Shown here: positions 13,354 to 25,290 of the stretch, piece by piece
How positions within the stretch are numbered: the first letter of the stretch is position 1
How the letters are laid out: each line of letters begins with the position of its first letter
Assembly (NCBI GenBank): GCA_013265495.1
Contig: MU058781.1
Coordinates: 2,706,158 to 2,770,157 of the forward strand
DNA length: 64,000 nt
Origin: Vicugna vicugna
Taxonomy: Eukaryota
Reading direction: 5' to 3'
Position numbers and translations under genes: made by a program
The notes under the pieces: generated by a model
Told to the model about the DNA's origin: nothing
Seen by the model: the letters and a program-made list of their open reading frames with translations, nothing else
Databases searched by the model: none

Positions 13354-13530
13354 CAAACAACAAGTTTCTACTGTATAGCACAGGGAGCTATATTCGGTAT
13401 CTTGTAGTAACTTATATTGAAAAAGAATATGAAAATGAATATATGTACGTGTATGTATGGTTGAACTATTTTGCTGTACACCAGAAATTGACACAACATG
13501 GTAAACTGACTGTACTTCAATAAAAAAAAA
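13354..13530 (+). mobile_element. 5'-truncated camelid/artiodactyl L1 3' end
   Basis: caacaagtttctactgtatagcacagggagctatatt...gctgtacaccagaaattgacacaac...tacttcaataaaaaaaaa. Confidence 0.9.
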
Positions 13531-15338
13531 GCTGCTCAGACTAGTAATGAAAATCTCATGAATGAATGAAATACAATTTCTTCATCTTTTTGTTAATTCT
13601 TTTAATTATTCCCCTCTTATTTACCCATTTTATTTTTTAAATAGATATCCTAGGTTCATGAGACTTAGAACTCTTACATAAAACTGCTGTAGTTTCAGGA
13701 GTTCTGGTTGAGGGGTAAGGAAATGTCATTGTCAAGTCACAGGCACAGGTATCTGGAGCACACACCTGTTACCATCAAACCCACCCTGACTTAGGAGCCC
13801 AGCCACCTCCATCTGCTGGTGGGGATGCTGTATGTATTCACCCCCCAGTTAGCTTTCTTGAATGGGGTCCTCTTAGATGACCGTAGACGTCAAAGAGGGG
13901 AAAGCCCATCTCAAACGAAGAAGTCACTCTGTGGAAAATGTGCAAGAAAGCGAAAGGCATCCAGTGCCTAGTGACTTGTTTCTATGGGGCTGTGGGGACG
14001 AGGAGTGTCCCTGGTGTGATTCACCAGCATGGTATTTGTTAACTTAGCCCAAGGGGGCCACAGGCCATGTTAGCTAGCCTTGTAGCACTCTTTAATCAGC
14101 CAAGAACCCAGTTTGTCAAACAGGACTGTGTGATTTTGAATTAGAAAGAGAGGATCTGTAAACCAAAAGGCTGGAATCTTTGTTGATCTTGGCACACCTA
14201 CCCTGTCACGGATCATGGGGGAGTCCTTTCCTTTCTATTTCTCACAAGGTCTGGACTTAGGAATGCTGATTTCGTCAATGGAGAATGAAGCCCAAGTCAA
14301 TATATCTTCCATTTTCCTCCATACAGGTCTCTCTTCTCCTCCACTCTGGGAAAGGAGACAGGGGTATTTGCCCTTCAAGCTGTTACTGTGTAATCATCAT
14401 GCAGATAAGGTCAGAAGATACATGCCGAGTGCTGACGGTGACTAATTGAGGCTTCACCGCCTCCTCTGCTCCCCCACCAAGGATGTGGTTAGGAAACACA
14501 GGGTCAGGGAGCACCCCCCCCCCACCTCCCTACCGGCCTAGCAGGTTATCTCACTGCTCTGCCTTTGTCTTCTCAGTTTGGAGTACCCCAAGGGGCCAGG
14601 CATCTAAAGTAGGTTCATCTATCACTTTCTGGGTGGTAGGAGTTCTGCCAGCTCATGATGGGAAATTCGGCTGGGGAGGGACCTTGTCAACATCCCGGGG
14701 GTGGTTACAAGAGCTCTCTCATTAAGCCTTTGTTTCAGGACTCAAGCATCTAATTAGGATTTTTCTGGTGGAATTAGAGATATTTCTTTTTTTTTTTTCC
14801 AAGTGGTTTAAGAAAAAGGAATGGGAATGGGGTGACAATATGATAATCTTCAAATATATAACTGCTGCTGAGACTTGGAAGAGAGCAAGAAAGACTCCCA
14901 GCAGGAAGAACTTCTAGGCACTTGATGTCAAGACTAAAGAATATTGTGAGATTTTCCTCCCTGGCTATCATAAAGAACACGACGAAGTATAATTTCTCTA
15001 CAATTAGTGAGATAAAGCCAGCCTAGAGGAAGCACATAAGGGGTGATTTATTCATTCATTCAGAAAAGTTATCTCAGCATCTGCCAAGAGACAGGCAGTG
15101 TGCAAGATTATTCTGGGGAGCACTAAGTTGATTGGACCCAGCTTTTAACCCTCATGGAGCTCATAATCTACCAACTGTAGAATTCAATGATTTATTGAGG
15201 TTCTATGTTATTTTTCATTGAGTATAAAAATATACAGCAATGTTGACAAAATAGATTTTAAAGCCTGGCTTTATATATAGATCAGGCTAGATTCTAGAGA
15301 TCCCCTGAGTCACTGCTTTCTTTTTAAAAGATTGGTCT

Positions 15339-15783
15339 TTTTACGGAACACAAGTTTGTGTGCCCGAGGCACAGTGAGGCCAAAAAATACCCAAACGTTA
15401 GAGTCTGGAGCAGAGAAATGTTTATTGCTGGGCTGAGCAAGGAGAATGGGTGGCTCATGCCCTCCCCAAAATCCCTAAACGGTTTCAGCTGAGCATTTTC
15501 AAAGGCCAGCTGAGGGAGGGGTGCCCCAGGGTCTGTGATCAGCTGTGCACAATTCTGATTGGTTGATGATGACCAATGCTTAGGTGCCAGAAGGTCTGGG
15601 GGCCATGTGCTCATGATCATCAAATAGTTAATTTCTTCCATTTGGTGGTGGTTTTAGCATCTGAAAAAGTCTAGAAATATTCCTGAGATACTCTGATCTG
15701 GGTAACTCAGAGAAGAGCTATAGCAGAGGATACAGGGGAGGGGTCCGTCCCAGGAAGGCCCCATAGGGTCCTACTTGGTTACA
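15339..15783 (-). repeat. 3' LTR of ERV1 provirus
   Basis: Aligns with 20062-20510; AATAAA on the minus strand at 15421-15426; preceded on minus by PPT AAAAGGGGGAAAT. Confidence 0.95.
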
Positions 15784-15796
15784 ATTTCCCCCTTTT
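15784..15796 (-). other. polypurine tract (PPT)
   Basis: Plus strand atttcccccttt t immediately inside the 3' LTR reads as an A/G purine run on the minus strand. Confidence 0.85.
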
Positions 15797-16139
15797 ATTT
15801 GAAATTCCTCAATCTTGAGGAGAACAGGCGTTGGACAAGAAGGGGAATAATATTTTGGACAGAGAGGTTCATCATAAACTCGGCAGAGGAACTCAGTTTC
15901 AGTCTCTAATCCTGTTTCATCCCTCCCCAAATCTTTCCGAGAATGGGGTGATGACTGCTCTGGCTACATCCTGCTGAAATGGGTACTGTCCTGCCTTGAC
16001 TTAAGGAATGGACATCGAGTTGGAAATATTCCCTAGTTCCAACTCCTGGATCTGAGTCTTGTATGATTCAGATCTCATTCCCTGAGAGATTCAGGAGAAT
16101 AAGCATGAAAAATCAGTCCGGACCTGGTACTTTGGGGAA

Positions 16140-16400
16140 GACTTGTAGCCAGGTAATCAGTTGTCTACTTTTATTTGAGTGGGTTTTAACTTTTGTTATG
16201 GTATTAACATACACATAAAACAAGAGCTATTGGCCACTACACATCTCCCTTTTTCTGCTAACATCTGATCTGAAGCAATTTTATTGTCTAAAATTTTAAT
16301 GGTTACAAGAGGAGACCCTGAGGTCATAAGGTTGCAGCTGTCATCTGCCAGCAGACACTGCTTTGAGAATGGCTGGTGGTGTCCCAAGTATGACACAGCT
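16140..16400 (-). pseudogene. env: env transmembrane-subunit remnant (immunosuppressive domain and degenerate CX6CC)
   Basis: ORF 16196-16396 contains KILDNKIASDQMLAEKGRCVVANSSC, compare gamma-type VVLDNRxALDYLLAEQGGVCAxxNxSCC; after a frameshift it continues NTITKVKTHSNKSRQLITWLQ. Confidence 0.85.
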
Positions 16401-18467
16401 CAGAGAATTAGAGTTCTCAACAATACAGAAACGTGTCTGAAATCACAATGGCCACCTACTTGTACCTTGGATGTCTGCAACACAGCTACTCCATTTTGAC
16501 TTTCAAATGCATTCTCCTTCTCAAGGCCAAAGCAGATGTACAATGCATGCCCAAAAGTCCATAAAACAGGCCACTTTAGTCAGTAAAGTTTAATTCAAAC
16601 CGTGCATAAACCAGAATGACTTCCTCACATGTGCAGATTTTTCCATCATTTCCCCTTATGATTATAAATCTTTCAATAGAAAGCACTGGTGATCAAAATA
16701 TCTATCCCTTGATGTTGGGGTGGTAGCTTCTCTCTCAGGTTTAGATCATGTCCCTCAGTGCAAGGCCTCCTTTATATTTGTCTAGTTATCCATATTGGGG
16801 GAAAACTAATCAGATATTGGAGATATATTAATGGGAAAACACTTTATAGGTTATAATTTGATCACTTATACCCAATTGTTACACAAGCACCATGCATATG
16901 CTTTTAGCAATAGACTTAAAGGAAGCATTGTTATACATCATGAATAGTTACACCTGTGACAACTCCATTCTAGAATTCTCTTTCTATCCTAAACATTGAG
17001 AGCAATATTGACAGGGAGGCAAACATTTAGTAAACAGTTCAACTACAAAACATAGATTAAAAGCCAGTAATACTTCAGACAACCAAAAAATTATAACCAT
17101 ATTTGTCAGCGCACTTGATCCCATCCAATCAATCCCTTTTACTAACAGTTTCATGAAATCACAGTTTTGGTTAGAACTTCTTAAATACCTTACCCAGCTC
17201 AGTAGCATCATTTAAAATAAATCTGTACTTGTCACAAAAAAAAAAACCTTTACAAATCCTCTTGAAGATAAAAGAGTTCTGCAAAGCATTAACTTAACTG
17301 TCCATGAATGACAAAAGACCCAAAAAGGCAAGGTAAAAAGATCCAACCATAATGTTTTTGACAAAGAAACTTAATTAAGTTTCTCTGACATGCAACATTC
17401 CAAGATAACAGCCAGAATCATGACGGATAGCATTACACCAGGACATATCCAAATTTCAGAAACTGCACAATCCCTAGAACGTCCATATCAACATTTATCC
17501 ATACCATATAATCTGAGGCGGCTTCGCACTCACTTGACAATGCTTCCCATGCAATTCAGCATACCAACCAATTCTAGTTTTGCTCAATATTTTTCTCTGA
17601 GATCTCAGAGGCCCTCTGAAGCATCCCAAAGTTAGCTGAAGTCAAAAGAAATTTAATTAGAATTTGACAGGAAGTTTGTAAAAAAAAAAAAATCAGAAAG
17701 TTTCACACATTCTGTTATCAGAAGTATTCTAAGTAAGCTTGTTCTCTTCACAGAGAGGAACTCCTTCTCTTAACAAAGAGGTCCTGTACCAGCCTACTTT
17801 AAATAACAAAATCCATCTACCTAATTAAGTTTAGTCCAATCTTAGCCTGACCATAAACTGAATTCCTTTTTGGGGGCTCCTTTTCTACAAACTTTCCACA
17901 ACTTTCTGTATCCATATTAGTTTACCCTTATTTTTTCCCATCTAGAAACAACCAGCTCTAGGACCACATCACTCTCTTTTCCCTTAACAAACTGCAATTC
18001 CATTCCTCATACCTTTTTCATTCAAAACATATCCTACTTTCCTACTGTACACTGAATTGCTTCCCACTTTATTTTTAGTAGCTTCAGTTACATATTTAAA
18101 TTAGAATCCTCAATTCTTAAACATCTTAATTTCTAGTGAACGTTTCAGTATCTTATTTTGTTTGGGAATAATCTAGCAATGTTACTATTCAATAAACTTT
18201 CATCATTTGACTTAGTTTAGCACAATTCTAAAATTTCAAGTTATCAACTTTCTGGAGAGATCATTTTTAAGTAGACATTTCTAAAACATATTATTTCTAA
18301 AGAGTTCATCCAAAGCTCTTACCTGCATTTAATTCACTTATAAGAATTTCCTCATACCAACTTAATTATTTCTTTCTGCTGACAAACTTATGAACTTTTG
18401 ACCTTCAGTAAACCTAAGTATAATAAAAGACAAGTCTGTATTGACTATACCAACAGGCTTAAGCTAG

Positions 18468-18566
18468 TCACCCTCCTCCCCTTTTTAAAATGGAGGTACT
18501 GAGGATTGAACCCAGGACCTAGTGCATGCTAAGCCTGACTCCACCACTGAGCTCTACCCACCCCCC
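18468..18566 (-). mobile_element. camelid tRNA-derived SINE (Vic-1-like) nested in the ERV
   Basis: Minus strand GGGTAGAGCTCAGTGG (A box) ... GGTTCAATCC (B box) TCAGTACCTCC; flanked by AAGCTAG at 18461-18467 and 18567-18573. Confidence 0.85.
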
Positions 18567-19049
18567 AAGCTAGCTTTAATATCAAGATGTCAATTCAATA
18601 TTGAACATTTCCTATATCACATGAACCTGGAATTTGTTCTGTCTAGCTTCTTTTATACTTAGCATTATTTAATTTTAAGCACTTACTTTTTAGTCAATTC
18701 AATAGAGCTCATCCATCCACAAGTTAATTTTTTACAGACAGACAGACAGATCCAGAGATCTCACAGTTTTTCCACTTGAGCTTTCTTTTTTAAAAAACCC
18801 TCTTTTCCCCTTGAGAGCCCAGGTTGATCATCTACATCTCAAAGGCACAGGAAAAGAAAAGGAAATTCCTCCTCTAATTGCTTTTATAAGCATCTTGGCT
18901 ATTTTCAGGGGTTTTTTTCCCCTAGATCCCAAATACCTACTTCAGTTGCAAGAAATAACAGTAACAGTAATAATATATACGTATAAAATTCACCCACATT
19001 CACATGCCTCACTTTCAGGAAAACCAGGAAGGGAATGGGATTTGGACCC

Positions 19050-19301
19050 AGGTACCAAGACATTCATACACACACTCCCTCAAGATAAAAGCGGAAGCAA
19101 CTGCAAAAGGCCCAACTTGATATAGTAGCGAGGCATTAGAGGCCACTGTTCTCCAGCTCTCGGGGGGTACTGAGCCCACATGGTGTTACAATAAAAAATA
19201 CCATTTTCTTTCATTTGTGGGAGTATTAACTGAAGGTCTCCTAGTTTTGCAAAATATACCCTAGGGGGACTACAAGATGGAACAGAACGCTGACCATCCA
19301 T
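19050..19301 (-). pseudogene. gag: gag matrix-domain remnant (HERV-W/ERV9/HERV-H-like)
   Basis: SVPSCSP/PLGYILQN*ETF in a shifted frame, then IFYCNTMWAQY...GEQWPL; compare SPLGCILxNW...IFFCNTAWPQY...GExWP of class I Gag. Confidence 0.8.
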
Positions 19302-20061
19302 ACTTATTCATGACCAATGTTATTAAATACCAAACAAAAAACAATTCAAAATGGTCTTTCAGAGTCACAGTTCCCTAGCCCCTAAAAGGGAGATTCTCAA
19401 CTAATACCCTGTCAGTTCAAAAGGGGAGAGCCCTAACCAATGCCCCACCAGAGATGAGGCTGAATAAGAGATCAAGGCTAGAAAGGGAAAATCCCAACCA
19501 AGGCTCCACGACAGGCAAGGCCTATGCCATAGGGAAGGATACCCTGGTGTCGTCACACGTGAGCCTCATTACTCACCAAAGATGTCTCAACTGGTCAGTG
19601 TAAGTACTGATACACACACACACACACAAATGACAAACATGGCCCCACAAACAAAAGATCAGATAAGGTGTAGCCCCCAGATTCCACTTCCACTCCCAGA
19701 CAGAGGCTTCCAGAGTGGCCTGGCTCCCAAAAGAGAATCGCCCAGAGTGGCTTGCAATAAGCTCAGGATGGCTCACTTTCTGTAAAGGGACGAGCCCAGG
19801 TAGAGTGGAGAGAATTCCCTGCTCATGCAAGCTGGAGCGACTTACCCCCAGGCGACACTGAACGTGGACTGTAGCGTAGGATGTTTCTCGGCTCTAAGTA
19901 GCCTCGTGCCGGGGTGGCTGGCGTGGGTCAGGGAGTGTCTCTCTGGGTTTCTGGGAGTGAAGTGAGCTCAGGCAGCTGCTGGGGACCCTAGAAGGCAGCT
20001 GCCCCTGGCAGGAGGTCAACCTGTCACAGGCACAAACTCCTGGGCTGACTTTGTTAAAATC

Positions 20062-20510
20062 TGTTACAAGCACCAGTTTGTGTGCCTGATGCACAGTGAG
20101 GCCAAAAAATACCCAAACATTGGAGTTTGGAGCAGTGAAAGGTTTATTGCTGAGCTGGGTAGCCAGAACGGGTAACTCACGCTTAAAACCCCCGAACTGA
20201 AACAAGGGTTTCAGCTGACCATTTCTAAAGGCCAGTTGAGGGAGGGGCGTCCCAGGGTCTGTGATCAGCTATGCACAGTTCTGATTGTTGATGGTGATCA
20301 ATCCTTAGGTGCCAGAAGGTCTGGGGGCCATGTGCTCTTCATCATTAAGTAGTTAATTTCTTCCATTTGGTGGTGGTATTTAGAATCCAAAAAAACTCCA
20401 GAAATATTTCTGAGATACTCTGATCTGGGTACCTCAGAGAAGAGCTATAGCAGAGGATACAGGGGAGGGGTCTGTCCCAGGAAGGCCCCAAAAGGTTCTG
20501 CTCGGTTACA
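20062..20510 (-). repeat. 5' LTR of ERV1 provirus
   Basis: TG...CA termini intact; followed on the minus strand by a degenerate PBS (20036-20056) and a splice donor GGG|GTAAGT at about 19840-19848. Confidence 0.95.
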
Positions 20511-21909
20511 GTCTCACATATGAGCTTGTGTGTTAGTCACAGTTCAAATCTTTGGCTTTTTATGCTGCTGCCTTGTGGCTGCCTCCCACTCCCAACTCTG
20601 CATTTGAAGAGTTATTGAAGGGGAGGTGGTGAAAGTAGGATACATGGCAGCCAATCCACAGTAGCCATTAGGCACCCTTCATATAGAGCTCTGTAACCAG
20701 ATGCCATAGGCCAGAAGGACCTACCGAATTAAGTATCCATATTCTGCTCAGTGCAATTAAACAAACTGCCAGGGGAAGCATCTATCCTGGAGTGACAGAA
20801 AGAGAAACACATCCTAGGTGCTGAACAGAAGAGAACATGGAGCCACTAGGTCCCCACCCCAAAGAAGTTTCCATTTTCCATGGAACACTACCTCTCCCCA
20901 CGAGAATACAGCAGGCAATGTAACTGGCAAAGCAAGAGGAAGGCTCAGGAATCTGGGCACATGATCCAGGAATGAAGGGAAGAAGGAAGGGATGAAGGAA
21001 GACGAGGACTTTATTACTGTCTTAGGCAAGAATTATTGACCCTTAAACTTCTGCACTCCACTTTGAAAAATCGTGGGTTCTTAGTTCACATGCAGTGTAC
21101 AAGACTCAGAAAAAAATTAACCCATCAGCCTCAAATCAAAACAGTGTGGTTCATGAAAAGACAATAAGATGAAGACTTTTCCTTTGCGGATTCATAACAA
21201 TAGTGGTGAGGAATGGTTTGCAAGTCTTATTCATTTTCTTTTATTTTTGGCTTAGAACAAGGTACATACACCAGTGATATCAAACAAGCCTTCCTGAGGC
21301 AGGCAGAGGGGAGAGGTTGGGTCTGGCCCCTTCCCTGGGGATGGGATGCAAAAGTGGCATCTGGACAATGCAATTATAAGCCAGGGAGCCCTGAAGGTGG
21401 GAGTTAGGCAAATGTGCACCATCCACCCATCCCTAGGTCTGCCTGTCCTCCCACCTTATGAGACTCAGGTCACTTCCTGTTCAGGGAACTATGGTATCTT
21501 TAGGCTGAGAGCATAAAGAATAAACTGTAGTAGTGACAACTCAAGGAGCAAAGAAAAAAATGCAAAAGAGTGAGAGGAAAGAAGAAAAGAAAGTAGTGGC
21601 GCTAAGAAAGGATTTTGGAATAAGCACAATGTAAAAAAATCTCCAGTAGAATAGGAATGAGGATGTAGATTTCATTCATATATCAGCCCCCACCAACACA
21701 CGTCTTACCCCAGTCCCCATGTTAAGATGGCAATATTGTGTGGTTAAAAGTGTGAATTACTAAACAGGAAAAGAGGAGGTTCAAATGTTAGAACTCCAAA
21801 GGAGACTGCAGCAAGCTTTGAAGTAATTGTTGGGTTAAAAAAAGAGACTGTAAGGGAACATTTCAAGGGTATTATAAGAAAGCAAAGATCTGTTCTAAAA
21901 CCTACTCTT

Positions 21910-22455
21910 CCCCAATGTTCATAGCAGCATTTTTACAATAGCCAAGACATGGAAGCAACCTAAATGTCCATTGACAGATGACTAGATAAAGAAGTTGTGG
22001 TCTATATATACAATGGAATACTACTCAGCCATAAAAAAGAATAAAATAATGCCATTTGCAGCAACATGGAGATTGTCATATTAAGTGAAGTAAGGCAGAT
22101 AAAGAAAGACAAATATATCATTTATATGTGAAATCTTTAAAAATGATGCAAATGAACTTATTTACAAACCATAAACAGACTCATAGACATAGAAAACAAA
22201 CTGATTACTAAAGGGGAAAGGCAGCAGGGGGAGGGATAAATTAGAAGTTTGGGATTAACATATACCCATTACTCTATATAAAACAGATAAACAACAAGGT
22301 CCTACTGCATAGCACCAGGAGCTATATTTAATATCTTGTAAAAACCTGTAATAAAAAAGAATATGAAAAAGAATATATATGTATAACTGAATCACTATGC
22401 TGTGCAGCAGAAACTAACACAACATTGTAAATCAAATATACATCAATAAAAAAAA
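21910..22455 (+). mobile_element. 5'-truncated artiodactyl L1 (ORF2 C-terminus and 3' UTR)
   Basis: ccccaatgttcatagcagcatttttacaatagccaagacatggaagcaacctaaatgtcc...aacacaacattgtaaatcaa...caataaaaaaaa. Confidence 0.95.
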
Positions 22456-24160
22456 CCCCCATTCTTAATTACTCATCAATAAGAGACCCAGAATGGAGGG
22501 GCATAAAAATGAAAAACAAAACAAAACAATAGGAAAACTTCATTGTAATTTCCTCCAACAAATCTGCTTGGAAGACTGCCTAACAGTGGCTTAACTCATT
22601 ATTTATACTTCTCTTTCCTTCTATGTCTTCTCTCTCCTTCCCCTACTATGTAGATGGAGAGAGGGAGCTCAGAATATCCCAAAATTTTATCATAAAATGA
22701 TCAAGATTTGGTTGCTTGCAGTTGGGGGGGGCAGCTTAAAAAAAAAGCTGATTCTCCAGTTTTCTGTGTGGCTGAAGACTGTCTGATCTACCAGGTGAGC
22801 ACATAAGAAGCTTGCTAATTTGTCCATTAAAAGATTTCTCAACTGAACAGCCCACCACAGGAGAGCTGCCCTAGGCTTCAGAGCAAAGGACCCCAAACAA
22901 ACATCGGTAGGGCCCATGGATTTGGGTCACTGGTTAAAAGGAAAAGATGTTTCTAATGTGCCCTTTTTCTGTTCTGTCTTCCTAGGCAGCTGCTCTTGGT
23001 GTCGACTGCTCTGAGGCCAAGCAGCCAGTGAAGTTCCTGGTTGAGAGGAGTAAATCATTCACTCATCTCTTACTTCTTTTCATTCTTCAAATCATTTATT
23101 CATCCATTCATTCATCCACCTCAGCTGACTTCCTGCTAACTCTAACAGTTGGATCGGAAGGGAGTTTAGATCTCAGGTGATCGAGACTACAATTTAGTTG
23201 CTATTGCTTTGAATAGAAAAGAAATGCCTTGGTAACATGGTTGATAAGTCCTTGGCAGGCGAAAATGAATAACCCAGAAACCCATAACGTCTGAGGCCTA
23301 AGCTTTCACCTACTTTGGCTCTATCGCGCTGGAGTGTAACCGCCTATTTATTTGTTTTCCCCTCAGCAGCCAGCTCCCGGAGTTCTTGGAATCCCAGCAC
23401 CCAGCACAGTTCTTGGCAAATAGTAGGAACTTAACAAATATTTATTGAGTCAGTTGAATGAGATTGGGCAGATTCCCATGATGTCAGCCCATAAAGGAGC
23501 TCAGCTCAGCAGCTCCTCCGGAGCATTCTAGGAGGGCGAGTACCTTGGGGGTAGGAATGGCCGCTCATTCATCTCTGGGTCTGATGCCAGGTGTTTCCTT
23601 AAGGAATGAGTGAAGGTCTGTATTGCTTAAGGGGTGGATGGGTGATAATGTTTTGGGATAGTATCACCTCATTGTCAGCTTGGAAGGTCCCCAGGGGATC
23701 AGCACAGGAATGTGTCACGCAGATGCCTGGTTATTGCTAAAAATCTCACAGAGGGGCCCAAATGGGGGTCCCTTCTACAGGCCCTACTTTGAATTTCTAA
23801 GCTGCTAGTACAGCTCAATGACTCAGGGAGGTAGTCAGTGGGTCAAAGGCCAAGGTCATGGTAGCCAGTTTGGGGACAGAACAAACAGGAGCAGAAGGAA
23901 TGGCTTTAGCAATGGTACCTTATTATGAATGCAAGAAAAATGTGTCCAGGAAGCGTGTATCCTACTGTTGATAACTACAAAAACAATAGATGGGCAAAGC
24001 TAGTGACAAGATGAAGAAATAAATGGGTAGTTTAATGGGTAAAAAAGAGGCTCAAGGCTCATAAATGTACCATGTCTTTACCTAAGAGCATTCATAAAAA
24101 TAAATTCAATATGGACTTAAGAGTTAAACACAAAAACTAAAAACAAAAAAGAATTATAAG

Positions 24161-24368
24161 ACTTACTTCACTTAGTATGATAACTTCTAGGTCCATCCAA
24201 GTTCCTACTGTAAAGCACAGGGAACTATATTCACTAGCTTGTAATAACCTATAATGAAAAAGAATATGAAAAATAATATATATATATTATGTATACTGAA
24301 TCACTATGCTATTAAAACAAAAAACTAACACAAAACTGTAAATCAACTATACTTTAATAAAAATTTAA
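24161..24368 (+). mobile_element. L1 3' end with 5' inversion (twin priming), inserted into an older L1 remnant
   Basis: 24161-24199 is antisense L1 and 24200-24368 is sense L1 3' UTR with an A-tail; TSD AAAAAAGAATT[A/C]TAAG at 24145-24160 and 24369-24384. Confidence 0.85.
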
Positions 24369-25129
24369 AAAAAAGAATTCTAAGGAAATATGAAGATCAT
24401 TTTTATCTGATCTCTTGAAAGGGAAACCATTTCTAACCATAAAAGCCTGAGTAGAAAGCCAATTACAAAAGAGCACCTTATCTGTATTATATCAGAATCC
24501 ACATAGAAAGCTTTATTTCCTTCTTCAAGCCTTCATTTCCCTATTTTAAACACCAACATGTATGACTCTTGAAGTCAGAAAATATAAAATCATCTGTTTA
24601 ATAATGAAACCAAATGAAATATGCATTTGTTCCATAATGTCTCACATCAGGCAAAATACAATGCCCCTCCCCACCCAGGATGGTATTTTTTGCCCTTGCT
24701 ATTACATTTCCAACCTACCTTCAAAAACTTGCAGAAACACTATGCAGGACTAAGGAAGGCTGAGAAATTACACAGCACAATTCATCTCTGGCCCTGGGGT
24801 TCATCACGGAATGACTTTTAGTCTTCGATGCCCTCTCTCCTAATTATACTAATGTCTGACTATTTTTGTCTTGAGAGAAATTTCTGCCTTCACTGGACCT
24901 AACTCCCCTTTTACATTTGACATTTGTTTCCTCTCCTTTCTTATTCATCATGGCATTCTAAACTTCCCACAGTGGATGCCAGCTATCCATATTCCCAGTC
25001 CCACGTCCCGTTAGGCACATAGACACACAGTGTGCTTCGCCTCCCATGGTTATACCTGGAACATCTATTGCACAACAGTGTATCACATACCCACTGCCCC
25101 CTGGGTCACACTGAGCCCATTAATGGTGT

Positions 25130-25290
25130 GTGGGTTTTACACCCCTGATTCAACCACAGACTCCTTGAGGGCAGAAACCATGCTTAATTCTCGTCTAATT
25201 CAGCTTTGTATCCCCAACATCTTGCACAGTGCCTGAAATAGGGTAGATAATTGCTAGTTTTATGATGAATGAATGAATGGATGGATGGAT
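25130..25290 (+). mobile_element. L2 3' end
   Basis: actccttgagggcagaaaccatg...ctttgtatccccaacatcttgcacagtgcctg...gaatgaatgaatggatgg. Confidence 0.8.

Larger units (their letters stand above)
15339..20510 (-). mobile_element. class I (ERV1) endogenous retrovirus with two LTRs, non-autonomous (no pol seen)
   Basis: Direct repeats at 15339-15783 and 20062-20510 (minus strand TGTAACC...TAACA); 4-bp TSD GTCT at 15335-15338 and 20511-20514; PPT next to the 3' LTR; gag and env remnants. Confidence 0.95.
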
